From: Squalus acanthias
Lineage: Eukaryota
Direction: 5' to 3'
Assembly: GCA_030390025.1 (NCBI GenBank)
Contig: CM059432.1
Coordinates: 9,796,001-9,860,000, forward strand
Length of the DNA: 64,000 bases
Part shown: in pieces, positions 61,632 to 64,000 of the stretch
Position numbering within the stretch: position 1 is the stretch's first letter
Layout of the letters: each line of letters starts with the position of its first letter
Notes under the pieces: model-generated
Database searches by the model: none
Told to the model about the DNA's origin: nothing
Seen by the model: only the letters and a program-made list of their open reading frames with translations
Position numbers and translations under genes: made by a program

Positions 61632-63473
61632 CATAGAGTTATACAGCACAGAAAGAGGCCCTTCGGCCCATCGTGTCCGTGCCGGCCATCAAGCCCTGTC
61701 TATTCTAATCCCATTTTCCAGCACTTGGTCCGTAGCCTTATATGCTATGGCGTTTCAAGTGCTCATCTAAATGCTTCTTGAATGTTGTGAGGGTTCCTGC
61801 CTCTACCACCCTTTCAGGCAGTGAGTTCCAAATTCCAACCACCCTCTGGGTGAAAACATTTTTCCTCAAATGCCCTCTAAACCTCCTGCCCCTTACCTTG
61901 AAACTATGCCCCCTGGTTATTGACCCCTCTACTAAGGGGAAAAGTTCCTTTCTATCTACCCTATCTATGCCCCTCATAATTTTGTACACCTCAATCAGGT
62001 CCCCCCTCAGCCTTCTCTGCTCTAAGGAAAACAACCCCAGCCTGTCCAGTCTCCCTTCATAGCTGAAAGCGCTCCAGCCCAGGTAACATCCTGGTGAATC
62101 TCCTCTGCACCTTCTCCAATGCAATCACATCCTTCCTACAGTGTGGTGACCAGAACTGCACACAGTACTCCAGCTGTGGCCTAACTAGCGTTTTGTACAG
62201 CTCCATCATAACCTCCCTGCTCTTATATTCTATGCCTCGGCTAATGAAGGCAAGTATCCCATATGCCTTTTTAACCACCTTATCTACCTGTTCTGCTGCC
62301 TTCAGGGATCTATGTACATGCACACCAAGGTCCCTCTGATCCTCTGTCCTTCCTAGGGTCCTACCATTCATTGTGTATTCCCTTGCCTTGTTAATCCTTC
62401 CAAAATGCATCACCTCACACTTTTCAGGGTTAAATTCCATTTGCCACTGTTCTGCCCATCTGACCAACCCGTCTATATCCTCCTGTAGCCTAAGGCTTCC
62501 CTCCTCGCTATTTACCACTCCACCAATTTCCGTGGCATCTGCGAACTTACTGATCATACCTCCTACATTCATATCTAAATCATTAATGTACACTACAAAC
62601 AGCAAACGACCCAGCACCGATCCCTGCGGTTCACCACTGGACACGGGCTTCCAGTCACAAAAACAACCTTCGACCATCACCCTCTGCCTCCTGCCACTCA
62701 GCCAATTTTGGATCCAATGTGCCAAATTGCCCTGGATCCCATGGGCTCTTACCTTCTTGACCAGTCTCCCATGCGGGACTTTGTCAAAAGCCTTACTGAA
62801 GTCCATGTAGACTACATCAACTGCACTACCCTCATCCACACACCTAGTCAGCCCCTCAAAAAATTCAATCAAATTGGTTAGACATGATCTCCCCCTGACA
62901 AAGCACTGCTGACTATTCTTGATTAATCCTTGCCTCTCCAAGTGGAGACTAATTCTGTCCCTCAGAATTTTTTCCAATAATTTCCCTACCACTGATGTTA
63001 GGCTCACTGGCCTGTAATTCCCTGGTTTATCCCTCCTACCCTTCTTGAATAATGGTACTACATTAGCTGTCCTCCAGTCCTCTGGCACCTCCCCTGTAAA
63101 AAATTGAGAGGTCGCACAACACCAGGTTATAGTCCAACAGTTTTATTTGAAATCACAAATTTCAAATAAAACTGTTGGACTATAACCTGGTGTTGTGCGA
63201 CCTCTCAATTTTGTCCACCCCAGTCCAACACCGGCATCTCCGCATCATGACCTCCCCTGTAGCCAGAGAGGTTCTGAAAATTTATGTCAGAGCCCCAGCA
63301 ATCTCCTCCCTTGCCTCACACAGCAGCCTGGGATACATCTTGTCTGGGCCTGGGGATTTATCCACTTTTACACCCGTTAAAACCGCTAGTACCTCCTCCC
63401 TCTCAATAGTAATTTGTTCAAGAATATCACAATCCCCCTGCCTGATTTCGATGCCTGCATCGTCCTTCTCCAG
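61632..63473 (-). mobile_element. CR1 LINE ORF2 RT region
   Basis: ORFs 62057-63088 and 61738-62124; catalytic FADD appears as FADA. Confidence 0.95.
63099..63249 (+). mobile_element. Palindromic mini Penelope-like insert, 12 bp TSD ACCTCCCCTGTA
   Basis: TSD at 63087-63098 and 63250-63261; perfect inverted arms of about 54 bp around a CACAA loop. Confidence 0.88.
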
Positions 63474-63520
63474 AAAAGTTCACTCTATGACACACCTTAT
63501 TTTAGTTATTATGCATGCCA

Positions 63521-63526
63521 GCCGAA

Positions 63527-63559
<33 letters not shown>

Positions 63560-63593
63560 ATAAAGGTCCTTGGTTCAATCCTGGGTTGTGGAG
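63521..63593 (+). tRNA. tRNA-Phe: tRNA-Phe(GAA)-like gene, probably a pseudogene
   Basis: GCCGAAATAGCTCAGTTGGGAGAGCG...CTGAAGA; about nine differences from the vertebrate consensus as I recall it, disrupting the acceptor and anticodon stems; T-run near 63603. Confidence 0.85.
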
Positions 63594-63966
63594 GTGGTTC
63601 TATTTTTGTGTCCCATTATCACCTCCCTTTGCCTTGCAGTATCATCACTTTTTCTGGCTAAATCACTCCTGCACTCCACTTTATCCCTTTGGGTTCCTGA
63701 CTGTCTCCATCCCTTTTTCATTCTTAGATAATAATCAATAATTATTAAAACATTAAGAGGCAAAGTTAAGGAAAGCTGCAAGAAAGAGAAAACTTGTGAC
63801 TTTGCTGTTGCAAGCTTTCTGTTGCATGTTTTTTCAGTGCATGACTTCCTTAATAATTGTGAAAACTTGGGACTTTGTTTTTAACAAACTTTCTCTTGCC
63901 TGTTTCTCCTTAATCTGTACTCATAAATTTGAATAAAAATACTGCAAGAGAAACAAGAAAAACATC

Positions 63967-64000
63967 AGCTGAAACCCGGGATTGAACCAGGGACCTTTCG
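63967..64000 (-). tRNA. tRNA-Phe: 3' half of a second tRNA-Phe-like gene, cut by the window edge
   Basis: Minus strand AAAGGTCCCTGGTTCAATCCCGGGTTTCAGC; T5 terminator at 63958-63962 on the minus strand. The anticodon lies outside the window. Confidence 0.75.

Overview
This is vertebrate nuclear DNA, almost certainly from a shark (elasmobranch), judged from the HE1-like and SacSINE1-like SINEs and the CR1, L2 and Penelope families. The window is dominated by nested transposable elements, and I cannot identify a host protein-coding gene. It contains many CR1 LINE fragments (three of them 5' portions carrying ORF1), L2, RTE and Tx1 fragments, and Penelope-like elements with minimal hammerhead ribozyme motifs. 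It also holds two decayed Harbinger transposons (spliced Myb/SANT gene, HARBI1-like transposase) with related MITEs, a young full-length Gypsy element (43013-47514), a 1.65 kb solo LTR plus an internally deleted copy, and two tRNA-Phe-like genes at the right edge. Most notable: (1) a 734 bp Gypsy-derived unit (3718-4451) closed by an inverted copy of its own LTR start, giving 25 bp terminal inverted repeats and a 5 bp TSD; (2) the full-length Gypsy has, in its primer-binding slot, a 13 nt perfect complement of its own LTR poly(A)-signal region; (3) an unassigned ~3.5 kb sequence with a near-identical partial duplicate; (4) a CR1 copy carrying the 3' flank of a shorter copy 16 kb away. All calls were made by eye. 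Family names come from recalled motifs, not database searches, and boundaries without a TSD are approximate.
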